Virus record (IMG/VR): IMGVR_UViG_3300028592_000004
Coordinates: 165,211 to 229,210 of that record
Reading direction: 5' to 3' (one strand)
Length of the DNA: 64,000 nt
The notes beneath the pieces were generated by a model. It was not told where the DNA came from. It made no database searches and was given only the letters and a program-made list of their open reading frames with translations. The position numbers and the translations under genes were made by a program. Below are positions 1 through 10,022 of this stretch, piece by piece; position 1 is the stretch's first letter, and the number at the start of each line of letters is the position of its first letter.

Positions 1-1
1 G

Positions 2-274
2 GTACAGGAGTTCGTGCCCCTTCAGGTCCCCGTCGATGAAGAACACCGGAGCGTAGAGCCACTGGGAGCCGACCTTAAACGCGAAAATCCCGACAGCGCG
101 GGTATCATCTTCGTTCCGGTCGATGAGCTGGAAGCCGACCTCGTAGTCGAGGAGCTTCGGGGCCTTGTCCGTCAAGTAGGAGTGGGCCAGCGACGAAAAT
201 GCCTGCTCGAACGGGACGTCGTTCCCGGCTTCCGAGGCCCGCTTGATGTTCCGAGGCGTCAAAGTTTGAGGCAT
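2..274 (-). CDS. Hypothetical protein, 5' part only (runs off window): MPQTLTPRNIKRASEAGNDVPFEQAF...
   Basis: Open frame read manually from ATG at 274 to the window edge; absent from the ORF track because no stop lies in the window; co-directional with the RNAP genes. Confidence 0.7.
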   Translation of the reverse strand, partial: MPQTLTPRNIKRASEAGNDVPFEQAFSSLAHSYLTDKAPKLLDYEVGFQLIDRNEDDTRAVGIFAFKVGSQWLYAPVFFIDGDLKGHELLY

Positions 275-356
275 TGCACCCATCCGTGGTGAATTGCGTG
301 GCGGTCCGTGCCGTGAGGCCCATCGTATCAGTTCGACAACGACGGGCAAACATTCG

Positions 357-2273
357 TTAGAGCCCGTCCAAAACGGACGGGAGGGACTTCTTCGGTTTGA
401 GAGGGTCGGCCTCCCAGCCCTGCGTCAGACCCTCTCGACCGAAGTTGAGGGGGTTCATCGCCATCGCCGAGGGGTAGCTCGTCCCAAAGGGATCGATCGT
501 GTCGCCGCGGTGGACAGCCTTGAGCGTGCTCTTTTCTAGGTTCGAGCCGAGGTGCCGCGAGACAACGTCCTCGTCCTGTTCCAGGTTCGCCATTCCGCGG
601 ATCATCACCGGCGTGAACGGCGGCGGGTCGTCGTTGACGTCGATGTTCTGGATGCCAAACTCCTGCAGCTCCTTCACAACCGAGGGCCGGATCTTCGTTC
701 CAATCGTGTAGTGCAGGACCGGCTTCTCCAGGTACTTTCCCTTGGCACTGCCCGGGTGCATCCGGATCGTACTTGCCCGGGGTTGCCAGTTCCGTTCCAA
801 CTGCTGGTACGAGACGATGTCGTTCGGCACCCGGTCATCCAGTTCGTCGTCGAGCCGGACGTGGTTGATCAGCCCGCGTGCAAGAAGCTCGACGTTCCGG
901 CGATGGGCGCCCATGCCCGCCTCCCGGTACGCCTGAGCAAAGGCCTTGGTGTAGTACCGCCGGCCCTCCCCGATCCCCTTGTGCTCAATGATCTCAGCCG
1001 GGTTCGGGATCCCGTCGCTGAGGACGTCGCCAGCTTCGACTTCGTCACCCGGCTTGACCTTCACCTCGTGGCCGTGGCCGACGTAGTGGCGGTCATTGCC
1101 CACGGTGACGAAGAATCCACCCTGGGGCGCCGGGGTGACTTCGTTCACGCGGCCGTCGAGCTTCGAGATCGAAGCCCCGGACTTGAACGTCTTCGGGACC
1201 TGAACGAACTGGTCAATCAGCTTGAAGCCGGAGACAGCCTTGTCGGCACCGGCGACACCGCCGGAGTGCTTTGAGGAGAGCTGCCCCTGTGTCAGCTTTT
1301 CCGACAGGGCCTGGGCAGCGGCGAGTCCAACGAAGTCTCCCCGCCGCGGAAGGAATCCGCGTTCCCGGACGCCGACGTCGCGGCTCCAGACGCCATCCCC
1401 GGGACCGCCGACAGTCGGCGATCGGACAAGGATTCGCTTGAAGCCCTGGTCCTGGATGTCGCGCAGCACCTTCGGCGTCAGGATCGTGTTCCGGTCGTAA
1501 CCCGCGACCGGTGAGGCCAGGAAGGCGCCTTCGTTGTCGGCATCCTCTGTGTCGACCGGCAGCCCGCGGTTCCCGTGGTCGTAGTCGTCCGGATCGTCTG
1601 TCCCGACCGTCACCAGCCGGTGGTTGACCTGGTTGAGCTGCTTGGCAAGGTAGCCGGAGTCTTGCGTGGACCCCTTCGTATCGAGCACCCCTTTCCGGGC
1701 GCCGAACGTACCGGCGAAATACTCCACCGGCGACAGCCCTTCGGAGTACGACCGCAGCACAGGAATCGGAATCGGCCGGCCCTTGTGGTCGACGTACAGC
1801 AGGTCGGAGCCGCGGAGCGACTTCAGGTTCCCGGCGTTACCGCGGGCACCGGAGGCGATCTGCTGCCAGAAGGGATTGTTCTCCTCCCTGCTCTCGTCGA
1901 AGATCTTCTTCTCCATCGGCTCCCGGAAACCCATCGCCGCATCGACGATCTGTTGGGCTCGGTCGTCATCGTTCAGATCGCCCTTGGCAAGGATCTGATT
2001 GAGCTTGCCCTGAAGCTGTTGACGCATCTGCATCGCAGACGGCGAGACGAGCATGTCCTTCAGCCGGAAGGAGAAGCTGCCGGTGCTGGTCGCGGCGTCC
2101 CGTCCGATGTCGGAGAGACGCTTCGTGACCTCGCGGTACTGGTCGGGATACTTCTCCGCGAGTTCCTGGAAGACAGCGTTGAGGCCCTTCTTGTCGAAGA
2201 CGGCGTTCCGACCGCGCATCCCTTCCGGCAGGGCTTGATCGATGAGTAGTCGGCCTAGCGTCGTCTTGAGCAT
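357..2273 (-). CDS. DNA-directed RNA polymerase beta'-like subunit, C-terminal half (bridge helix, trigger loop)
   Basis: SGARG; GARKGVLDTKGSTQDSGYLAKQL (bridge helix); VGLAAAQALSEKLTQGQLSSKHSGG (trigger loop region). Confidence 0.93.
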   Translation of the reverse strand: MLKTTLGRLLIDQALPEGMRGRNAVFDKKGLNAVFQELAEKYPDQYREVTKRLSDIGRDAATSTGSFSFRLKDMLVSPSAMQMRQQLQGKLNQILAKGDLNDDDRAQQIVDAAMGFREPMEKKIFDESREENNPFWQQIASGARGNAGNLKSLRGSDLLYVDHKGRPIPIPVLRSYSEGLSPVEYFAGTFGARKGVLDTKGSTQDSGYLAKQLNQVNHRLVTVGTDDPDDYDHGNRGLPVDTEDADNEGAFLASPVAGYDRNTILTPKVLRDIQDQGFKRILVRSPTVGGPGDGVWSRDVGVRERGFLPRRGDFVGLAAAQALSEKLTQGQLSSKHSGGVAGADKAVSGFKLIDQFVQVPKTFKSGASISKLDGRVNEVTPAPQGGFFVTVGNDRHYVGHGHEVKVKPGDEVEAGDVLSDGIPNPAEIIEHKGIGEGRRYYTKAFAQAYREAGMGAHRRNVELLARGLINHVRLDDELDDRVPNDIVSYQQLERNWQPRASTIRMHPGSAKGKYLEKPVLHYTIGTKIRPSVVKELQEFGIQNIDVNDDPPPFTPVMIRGMANLEQDEDVVSRHLGSNLEKSTLKAVHRGDTIDPFGTSYPSAMAMNPLNFGREGLTQGWEADPLKPKKSLPSVLDGL

Positions 2274-2515
2274 CAGAACCCTACGTCGGACAGCGTGGGT
2301 GCGTCACGGTGACGGATTTGCACTTCCGATCGGTTGAGGCCCAGGTTACCCAGTACCTGCTCGAACCGAGGATCTTCAAAGGTGTAGGCCTGGACCAGGC
2401 CGTCTGCGAGTTCGATCGCAACCGCCACGATGGTTCCCTGGCGGTTGCGAATCACGACGCGACGAGCTTCTGCGACCTGGGGCTCAGCCAGCTTTTGGAA
2501 AAACTCGATCTGCAT
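2273..2515 (-). CDS. Hypothetical protein (80 aa)
   Basis: TGATG stop/start coupling to the RNAP gene. Confidence 0.65.
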   Translation of the reverse strand: MQIEFFQKLAEPQVAEARRVVIRNRQGTIVAVAIELADGLVQAYTFEDPRFEQVLGNLGLNRSEVQIRHRDAPTLSDVGF

Positions 2516-3284
2516 TACCGAGGCTCCTTGCGAGTGCCGCCAGGTTTGCCATCGACTGGGCCGGCGTCAAGGAGGACGCGGACTTGCTGACCGAGGAACC
2601 GATTCCCTGGTAGTCGCTCGCCGTCTTGCCGGCAGCCATTCCAGGGGCGGCACCCTGGATCGGGTCGATGGGTGGAATCGCACTGGGCTGACCGCCTGCG
2701 GCAGCCGCCGGGTCCATCCCCGCAGCGGCCGGATCACCGGCCGGAAGAGCTCCGGCCTGATCCTGATTGGCCATCTGCATCTGCATCGGATCGGGCGGCG
2801 GGCCGAGGGCCACGTCCGCCGGGATCGGGATCTGCATGTGGTTCATGATCTCGGCGACCATCCGCATGATCTGCCAGAGCTTCGTGTCGAGGATGGCCGG
2901 GTCGACCTTCTTCGTGGCCGGCTTGCCCATGCCGGGCATCCCGCCGGTGCCGCCCGCTCCGCCTGCTCCGCCCATCATCTGCATGGCCTGAACGACGGCC
3001 TGGACCATCGCGGGATCCGCTTGGCCCCCTCCGCCGCCCATCGGAGGCCCGGCGAGGGGATCGGCCGGCATTCCACCGCCCGGAGGCATTCCAGGGGCTC
3101 CACCCGGCGCCGGCGCTCCACCCATCGCGGCCGGATCACCACCCGGCGGCATACCCGGGGCACCGCCCGGAGGGGCTCCACCGCCAGGCGGCACGACCGA
3201 CGCCTTGAAGAACGGCTGTGCCTGACCGGGGTTGTTGGCTTCGTGCTGAGCCAGCTTGAGAATCGTCGGGTTGAGCAAGCTCAT
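2484..3284 (-). CDS. Pro/Gly/Met-rich protein, possibly virion-internal
   Basis: 266-aa low-complexity ORF with RBS (AAGGAAG), lying between the two RNAP genes. Confidence 0.7.
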   Translation of the reverse strand: MSLLNPTILKLAQHEANNPGQAQPFFKASVVPPGGGAPPGGAPGMPPGGDPAAMGGAPAPGGAPGMPPGGGMPADPLAGPPMGGGGGQADPAMVQAVVQAMQMMGGAGGAGGTGGMPGMGKPATKKVDPAILDTKLWQIMRMVAEIMNHMQIPIPADVALGPPPDPMQMQMANQDQAGALPAGDPAAAGMDPAAAAGGQPSAIPPIDPIQGAAPGMAAGKTASDYQGIGSSVSKSASSLTPAQSMANLAALARSLGNADRVFPKAG

Positions 3285-3307
3285 CTCGGCTTCCTTGCCA
3301 GAAGTAA

Positions 3308-6300
3308 TTACCGGGGATTGATAATCTCGACGTTGTCGTCCACGCCGATCTCGCCCCGGCGGTAGGCCTGTACTGCGTCTCTCACTGTAGCGAACGTCCT
3401 AGTCCGATTCGAGGTCGGCGAAGGCTTGGACGCCCGATAGAGGCCCCCAGCATACTCCTTCCCAGGCAGCTGGTGAGCGCGGAAGTTGGAGACCGCCAGC
3501 AAATTCCGGCTGGGCAGCATCTTCTCGTAGGCATCTGCGACAGCCTCGTCGCTCTGCGGAACATGGTACTGCATCGCGTCGCCGTCGAAGTCAGCGTTGA
3601 ATCCGGTGACGATCGTCGGCGAGATGTGGATCGTGTCGTCCTGGATCAGTTTCGGCCGGAACGCCATCAGGTTGTACCGGTGAAGCGTCGGTGCCCGGTT
3701 GAGCACGACCGGCCGATCTTCCATCGTCCGGAGCAGCATCGTGCGGGCGCGATCGGACCGCGACGTGACAGCTCGGGCCGCGTCCATCCGACTCATCCCG
3801 TTGCGAACCAGTCCGCGAACGATGTGCGGCTTGTAGACCTCCCACGCCTTATCTTCCGGGATCCCCACTTCGTCCATGTCGAGATCCGGGTCTGGAATGA
3901 TTGTGCCGCGACCGACCGTGTCGACCACCGAGCCGATCAGCTTCTGCTGGACGAAGCCATACTTCGGCGAACCACCGAAGATCGTCTTCAGCAGTCCCTT
4001 TACCTTGCGTTCCTGGTTCTTCGGCTGAGTCGGATCCGCCAGACCCGTGAGGGCCTTGAACGAGTTGTAGACGGCCAGGCGCTCATCACCCAGGTCGTCG
4101 AACTTGCCGGCCGCATCCTTCAGGATTCCGTTCGAATCCATGATCTCCTTGTAGAGCGCGTTGGCGTCGGCCACCATCGGTAGCTTGGAGCCCTGCATGA
4201 CAGACACCGGCCGGAACACCGGCGGAATGACCGGCACCTTCGTAAGCATCCAGTCCCGCGGGTGGATCCCGTGCTGCTCCGCGCTCTTGAGGTACTTCAG
4301 CTTCCGGATGGCCTCATCCCGCCGGGTCTTCTTGCCGGACGCGATATCCGCCCGAGCGTTCTCGATCATTCGCGGGAGGTTGATCGAGTCCAGGGCGTAC
4401 TTGATGGCGCTCGGCCCGGTGCGGTCGTTCAGCTTCTCGCGGCCGGCGAGGATGTCGAGGAACTTGTTCTCGGTCAGGCCGAGGACGCGACGGATCGGTT
4501 CCTCCATGACAGGCGACGGCATCGGCTCACTGAGCTTGATGAAGCTCCACCGGTTACCGCCGTGCCCGCCGGTCAACTCTGGATCGAACAGACCGCCCTT
4601 GACCGGGTTGAGCCCGCCCTTCCAGTCGACAGTGTCGGAATTGGTGATCTCGCGGTTGCCAGCGAACTCGTCGATGTCGGCGTCGCGGAGGGCCAGGGTG
4701 TTGAACCGTGTCCCGTTCCGCACCACGTTGATCCCGGAGCCGCGGAGCGTATCCACGAACTTCTTGTAGACCATCGGGACCTTCGGCATCGGCGGAGCGT
4801 GACCGCTCATGTACTGCGTCCAGTACTCCGGATGCTGCTGTCCGCGCACGACGGCAGCGTCACGCAGGAACTCCGTGGCTCCGTGGCTCAGGAGGGCGTT
4901 GGCATCCAGGAGACTCACCCGCTTGCTTCCGGTCTGACCACCCTTCGCCGGCAGCCCCTCGCTGGTGTAGCCGCCCATGCTCCGACCCTGGCCCTTCGAC
5001 TCGGCCGTGTGGTGGAGCTTCATGAAGTAGCGGTTGCCGGTGAAGATCCCCGGGATCTTCCGGTTGTTCGAACTCGGGTCGATCAGGTCTTCGGTGTCGG
5101 ACAGACCATTCTTCTGCAGCTCCTGCATAGCGTACTGCACAAGGTCCGGGATGTCCTTGAAGTCCTTGACGTTGTAGTGCTTGCCGGTCATCGCGGCGAT
5201 CTTGCCAAGCGTCGCCTCAACCACCTGGGCGGGGTTGGTGCGGGTGATGATCCCCAGCGGGTTGGCGAGCACTTCGTACGGCTTACCGTCTGCACCGACA
5301 GGCATCTGGCTGTCGGGGATGATCTTCGCGATGACGCCCTTGTCCCCGTAGCGGCCGGAGATCTTGTCGCCGGTCTGGGCCTGCATCACGCTCTTGACGG
5401 TGACCACGATCCCCTTGTCCGTCTTGGCGACGTCGACAACCTCTCCGGGAGAGTGGTGGTCCCAGGTCTCCGTCTGGTCAGAGAAGGACCGATCCCGGGC
5501 CTTGTGAAGTGAGTTCTTGGCCCGCTCCTTCTGCTTGGCGCCGAGGATGATCGGGTCATCCGGCTGCAGGATCGTTCCCGGCTTGACCACGCCATCGTCA
5601 TCGATCGAGTCCAGCACCTTCCGCGGGTACTTGCTCGGGAACATGCTGATGAAGTCCCGCTTCTTCGTCCGGATGTTGTCGTCCAGGTCCAGCCCGTGCT
5701 GGTACATGTGCTGACTGCTCAGCCGCTTGGCGAAGGACTCGCTGATGGCGAAGGCATCCTCAAAGTTGATCCCCTTCCAGGCGATGTAGGCCGTCCGGGC
5801 ATTCCGGCCGAGGGCCACGACTCCGTTCTTGTCGGTGTAGTTCGAGTGGGCGAGGAGCTGTCCCTGACCAACGCGATCCCCGGGCTTCACAACGGCGGTG
5901 TTGTGGAGGTAGGTCTTTCGGTTCGAGGGGTCGTGATTCCAGAGCTCGACGACTTCCTTCTTGCCGTCCGGCGTCTGAATCGTGATCTCGTCGTTGTCGA
6001 CGTGGGTGACCGTCCCGTCGACCTTGCTGCGGGATGCCCCGAACATCTCGCCGTACCGGTTCTCAAAGCTGTCGTCGACGTCCTCCGGCACGCCGGTGCG
6101 GACAAACGGAGCTTCCCCGTCGTCGAGCGAGAGGGCCTGCGTCAGCATTCGCTGGGCCATCGCCGCCCGCTGCCCCTTCATGGCCGACTTCATGGGGACC
6201 ATCGTCACCATCGGAGAGAGTGTGCTCTCCATGTTCGGCACTTCGAAGTCAACCTTGTCGCGCGGCACGAACTTCATCTTGCCGCCGACGAGCGCCGGGA

Positions 6301-7768
6301 CCTGGTCCTTGTAGGTCGCCATCGCGTTCGGGAAGGCGAGGACAGCCTTGGTGATCTCCTGCGGTGACTTGAAGACGGTCTGGCCGGTCCGCGCGTCCCG
6401 GAAGGGAGCGTACATACGGCCGTCCTTCCCCTTCTCCGCAGCGTAGGCGAAGCGGGAGTCGACACCGGCCTTGAGCGATTCAGGCGTGACCAGGCTGTCG
6501 ATGAAGCCGAACTGTCCAGGCTGGACGCTCCGCGCTTCGTCGGGCACCGAGTCGACGCTCGGGATCCCGCCCTCACCCAGCCGGCTGACGCGGTACATCT
6601 GCTCAATGAGCATCCCCGGGTTGATCTCTTCCCCGGGGTTCCCCAGACCGCTGTCGGTGATGGCGCTGAGCAGGCCGCTCGTCAGGATCCCGGACGGGAT
6701 ATGGTCCAGGTTCTTGCGGATGGTGCCCTTCCACAGCATCCGGCGGAGCATGTTCTTGTCTCGACCGAAACGCTCTGCGAGGAGATCTTCGGGGCCGAGG
6801 AGCGTCTGGAAGGCCGGGTTGTCGCGGTCGTCCGTCTCGTCTTCGCCCTTGTTGATCGCCAGCAGCTTGCGGGTGGCCGCGAGCCACGTCGGGGCGTCGA
6901 CCTTGTCGAATGCCTCGCGAAGGGTCTCCTTGTTGACCTCCGGATCGAGCTTCATCTTCCGGAAGGCTTCAGCAACGGCCTGCCCGCGCAGTCCCTCGTC
7001 CGGTTCGTTGCCGCGGACCAGCCGCCGGTAGAGCTTGTCGACCGCGCCGCGATCGTTCTTCGCCATGTTGGCGGCAGCCAGCTCGGGTCCCCACGCTTCG
7101 TTCAGCTGGGACGGCGTGACACCCATTGCCCGCAGGACCGGCCACATGGGGATCTCACCTTGGGCGATCTTGAGTTTGAAGATCCCGGACTCCGGATCCA
7201 TCATCACCCGATGCGCGAGCCCCTGGCCGGGGAGCACGTTGATGTGGGACTCCAGCTCGCCGCTCTCCTTCTGGCGGGAGAACGCTCCGGACATGAGGCG
7301 AAGCTGGTGGCCAAGCGAGTAGCGGTTCCCGCTGAGGATGAAGGCCCCGCGGTCCCCAAAGTAGGGGACGTTCGCGATTGTAGCCCGCCGTTCGGAGATC
7401 GGCTGCTGCGTGGCCAGGTCGACCAGGCGCCAGGTCCCTTTCAGCTTCCGGGACAGCGTCTTCCCGGTGAGGATGGCGTTCTTCTGGTCCTTCTTCGAGT
7501 ACCGTTCCGGCCCCTCGTACGCCGGGTCGACCAGCTCCAGCCGGTGCGTCTTGCTCTCGACCGGCTGGAACTTCATCGCGGAGTTCAGCACGTTGTCGAA
7601 GATCGACTGCCGGATGGCTGTGACGTCCCCGAAGCCTCGACGTCCGGTCGGCTGAGCGAGCGGCGGAGGAGACCAGGGAGCGGGCGCCGGAGGGGTGCCC
7701 ATTTGTGAATCCAGCCCCTGCAGCAGAGGCGAGGGGCTGGGGAGAAGGCCGTCCATGAAGTCAGGCAT
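3308..7768 (-). CDS. DNA-directed RNA polymerase: beta-like subunit fused to the N-terminal half of beta' (catalytic NADFDGD)
   Basis: beta motifs GAFILSG, TPES, NFEDA, GDKISGRYGDKGV, MKLHH, followed by beta' motifs PVIPPVFRP, NRAPTLHR, FNADFDGD. Confidence 0.95.
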   Translation of the reverse strand: MPDFMDGLLPSPSPLLQGLDSQMGTPPAPAPWSPPPLAQPTGRRGFGDVTAIRQSIFDNVLNSAMKFQPVESKTHRLELVDPAYEGPERYSKKDQKNAILTGKTLSRKLKGTWRLVDLATQQPISERRATIANVPYFGDRGAFILSGNRYSLGHQLRLMSGAFSRQKESGELESHINVLPGQGLAHRVMMDPESGIFKLKIAQGEIPMWPVLRAMGVTPSQLNEAWGPELAAANMAKNDRGAVDKLYRRLVRGNEPDEGLRGQAVAEAFRKMKLDPEVNKETLREAFDKVDAPTWLAATRKLLAINKGEDETDDRDNPAFQTLLGPEDLLAERFGRDKNMLRRMLWKGTIRKNLDHIPSGILTSGLLSAITDSGLGNPGEEINPGMLIEQMYRVSRLGEGGIPSVDSVPDEARSVQPGQFGFIDSLVTPESLKAGVDSRFAYAAEKGKDGRMYAPFRDARTGQTVFKSPQEITKAVLAFPNAMATYKDQVPALVGGKMKFVPRDKVDFEVPNMESTLSPMVTMVPMKSAMKGQRAAMAQRMLTQALSLDDGEAPFVRTGVPEDVDDSFENRYGEMFGASRSKVDGTVTHVDNDEITIQTPDGKKEVVELWNHDPSNRKTYLHNTAVVKPGDRVGQGQLLAHSNYTDKNGVVALGRNARTAYIAWKGINFEDAFAISESFAKRLSSQHMYQHGLDLDDNIRTKKRDFISMFPSKYPRKVLDSIDDDGVVKPGTILQPDDPIILGAKQKERAKNSLHKARDRSFSDQTETWDHHSPGEVVDVAKTDKGIVVTVKSVMQAQTGDKISGRYGDKGVIAKIIPDSQMPVGADGKPYEVLANPLGIITRTNPAQVVEATLGKIAAMTGKHYNVKDFKDIPDLVQYAMQELQKNGLSDTEDLIDPSSNNRKIPGIFTGNRYFMKLHHTAESKGQGRSMGGYTSEGLPAKGGQTGSKRVSLLDANALLSHGATEFLRDAAVVRGQQHPEYWTQYMSGHAPPMPKVPMVYKKFVDTLRGSGINVVRNGTRFNTLALRDADIDEFAGNREITNSDTVDWKGGLNPVKGGLFDPELTGGHGGNRWSFIKLSEPMPSPVMEEPIRRVLGLTENKFLDILAGREKLNDRTGPSAIKYALDSINLPRMIENARADIASGKKTRRDEAIRKLKYLKSAEQHGIHPRDWMLTKVPVIPPVFRPVSVMQGSKLPMVADANALYKEIMDSNGILKDAAGKFDDLGDERLAVYNSFKALTGLADPTQPKNQERKVKGLLKTIFGGSPKYGFVQQKLIGSVVDTVGRGTIIPDPDLDMDEVGIPEDKAWEVYKPHIVRGLVRNGMSRMDAARAVTSRSDRARTMLLRTMEDRPVVLNRAPTLHRYNLMAFRPKLIQDDTIHISPTIVTGFNADFDGDAMQYHVPQSDEAVADAYEKMLPSRNLLAVSNFRAHQLPGKEYAGGLYRASKPSPTSNRTRTFATVRDAVQAYRRGEIGVDDNVEIINPR

Positions 7769-7769
7769 G

Positions 7770-8849
7770 TTACGTTGGCGTCGTCATTCCGGAGAGATCG
7801 GTCTGGGAGAACCCACCCTGGTTCTGCTGCAGCCGCATTTGCATCGACTGCTGCATCTGCATCTTCCGCTGGTTCATCCGCTGGAGAGCGGACGAAGCGG
7901 CTTGGCTCGCGGAGACTCCCTTCGGCCGCACATTCGACTTGGCCGAAGGGAGCGCGGCAATCTTCTCTTCTTCGGGCGGCATGAGCGTCGCCGTCGTCGG
8001 AATCGCGGGCTTCTTCGGGGCCGGCGGCATGTGGTAGGGGACCGGCATCGCGATCACCGGCCGCGGGCTGCTGTCGTACAGCTGACGGTTCCGGCGACGG
8101 ACGGCCTCGTTCAGGGCATCCCCTTCGCTACGGCTCCGTGCCCAGTTGTAGGTCGCGAGCCCGGCCCCGCCGGCCAGCATCGCGTTCAGCAGGCCCAGCA
8201 TGCCCAGACCCTTGTTGATGATCGCACGCTTCTCGTACACGAAGTCGAGATCATCACTGGCCTGCTTACCAAGGTGCTGGGCGTTGAGAGCCTGTTCGTA
8301 CTCGTTCCGGGCCGCTGCCAGCTCGCTGTCGACTTCGTTCTTCCGTGCGGAATCGAACAGGGAGTCGGTCAGCTTGTAGCCGCCATAGAGCCCGCCGCCA
8401 AGGGCTGCGGCGCTTGCTGGCCAGGCCCAGGGAATGTCGGAGAACGTCGCGGCGTTGTCGCCCATAAGCCGGCCCATGAGCGGGCCTCGCATCTGCTCGA
8501 CGCCGTTCACGACGGGAGCGAAGACGCCGGACATGTGGCCGAGGTTCTCAGCGATCCCCGAGAGCAGGCCCGGCTTGGCCGGTGCCGCCGGGGCAGCGGC
8601 GAGCTTCTCTTCCTCGGGCTGCCGGCGGACCGGCATACGAATCGGAAGAACAACCGTGCGGTTCGGAATCTTCGGCGGAGAGGTTGTGTTCCGGTCGAAG
8701 AGGTTGAGAGCTCCGCTGGCTCCGCGGAGAGCCATCCCCGCGCCGGCGCTCAGCAAACCCATCTGGAGGAGCTGCTCAATCGATCGAGCTTTCAGCTGGT
8801 TCGTCGCCCCCGGGACGGAGTAGGGGGTCGGCATCATATTCGTCGGCAT
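7770..8849 (-). CDS. Hypothetical protein with Gly-rich hydrophobic segments (putative virion protein)
   Basis: 359-aa ORF, tightly packed, recurrent K-x-A motifs. Confidence 0.7.
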   Translation of the reverse strand: MPTNMMPTPYSVPGATNQLKARSIEQLLQMGLLSAGAGMALRGASGALNLFDRNTTSPPKIPNRTVVLPIRMPVRRQPEEEKLAAAPAAPAKPGLLSGIAENLGHMSGVFAPVVNGVEQMRGPLMGRLMGDNAATFSDIPWAWPASAAALGGGLYGGYKLTDSLFDSARKNEVDSELAAARNEYEQALNAQHLGKQASDDLDFVYEKRAIINKGLGMLGLLNAMLAGGAGLATYNWARSRSEGDALNEAVRRRNRQLYDSSPRPVIAMPVPYHMPPAPKKPAIPTTATLMPPEEEKIAALPSAKSNVRPKGVSASQAASSALQRMNQRKMQMQQSMQMRLQQNQGGFSQTDLSGMTTPT

Positions 8850-8858
8850 CCATGCACC

Positions 8859-9212
8859 CTATGTGACGTCGTGGTAGTTCTGGCTCCACTCCACGTACCA
8901 TACCATTTCTCCCGTTACCGGGTTGGGCATGGGGTGCCGGCTGTAGCAGGTGAACCACCCCGCCAGGACACGATCCATGATCCAGTGGTAACGCTTCGCA
9001 TCCTCCGGATTGCTCATCCGAAACGTGCCGCTGTTGAAGTCCTGCGACAGCGGCAAGGAATCAACTTCATCGTCCCGAAGCAAAGGCGCCGGCTCACTGG
9101 AGCCGGTCGGCATTCGCATCGGGATTCCGTCCGTGCCCGGTCCCCAAACAAGCCGACCGCCGTGAGCTTCCCCACCGCGGTCCTTGCGGAACTTTGCGAG
9201 AATCGGATGCAC
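8859..9212 (-). CDS. Hypothetical protein
   Basis: 117-aa ORF in operon context. Confidence 0.65.
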   Translation of the reverse strand: MHPILAKFRKDRGGEAHGGRLVWGPGTDGIPMRMPTGSSEPAPLLRDDEVDSLPLSQDFNSGTFRMSNPEDAKRYHWIMDRVLAGWFTCYSRHPMPNPVTGEMVWYVEWSQNYHDVT

Positions 9213-9222
9213 GAGGTGCCTT

Positions 9223-9606
9223 TCAGAACTGGAAGGACGGCTTGCGGCCCTTCAGCATCTGCTGTCGGAGCTGCCGCAGCGCGTTCCGCTGCTTGATCTG
9301 CGAGGTGTACATGTTGTACGCGGAGATCTCTTCCTGAGCACGGATCTCTTCGGGGTTGACGTCCGGCTCACGAAGTTTCGCGAGCGACAGACCGCCCAAA
9401 GCTCCCGCACCCGCGGAGAGAGCCGCGGTGCCCGCGACGCCGGCCGTCCCGAGCGTCGTGAGGGCGTTCCACGCGGTCTGTAGCGGGTTGGCCTGCTTAA
9501 CGAAGGCGACAGCCTGCTTGATACGAGCCCGAGTCTCTTCGACAGTCAGGCCCTCCTCCGCGCAGCGATAGAGGAATCCGAACTTGTAGGCTTGGGCGTC
9601 GGTCAT
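9223..9606 (-). CDS. Hypothetical protein (putative virion protein)
   Basis: Start moved to MTDAQAY (RBS GGAG); FVKQA motif followed by a Gly-rich helix. Confidence 0.7.
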   Translation of the reverse strand: MTDAQAYKFGFLYRCAEEGLTVEETRARIKQAVAFVKQANPLQTAWNALTTLGTAGVAGTAALSAGAGALGGLSLAKLREPDVNPEEIRAQEEISAYNMYTSQIKQRNALRQLRQQMLKGRKPSFQF

Positions 9607-9607
9607 C

Positions 9608-10006
9608 TCAGCTCCCGGGGGTCCAAATCGGGCTCCTCGGTACGAGGCCACCCATGTAACGATTATGGTGTTTCATCTGCCTCATGACACCAGGTTTGAA
9701 CGGATCTCCCTGTGCGTCGGCCTGCTGACAGGTTAGGATCATATCCTCGACGCACTTCTGCATCTCTGCCTTTTCTTTCGGGCAGGTGGAGCGATCCCGG
9801 CTCTGCCGGATGGCGTCCGCTCGCAGCAGGAACTCAGCGCGGGACGCAGTCTTGAACTCCCCGTCCCGTTCGTCGAGTGTTCGCAGCAGGCCGCGCTCCG
9901 CGAAGAACGTGATCCACTTGTACCGGAAGATCTTTCGGTTGGCTCCGCCTCGAATCTGAAACGGAGCTGCAGCCAAAGCACGTGACAGGCGACCGCGATG
10001 GGCCAT
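9608..10006 (-). CDS. Hypothetical protein
   Basis: Start moved to MAHRG (RBS AAGGA); fills the gap between genes. Confidence 0.55.
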   Translation of the reverse strand: MAHRGRLSRALAAAPFQIRGGANRKIFRYKWITFFAERGLLRTLDERDGEFKTASRAEFLLRADAIRQSRDRSTCPKEKAEMQKCVEDMILTCQQADAQGDPFKPGVMRQMKHHNRYMGGLVPRSPIWTPGS

Positions 10007-10022
10007 GACAGCAATCCTTTGC

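Noticed and set aside
357-7768. Host chromosomal rpoBC operon
   Set aside because: Highly divergent, re-split, no ribosomal protein neighbours, and surrounded by phage-like genes
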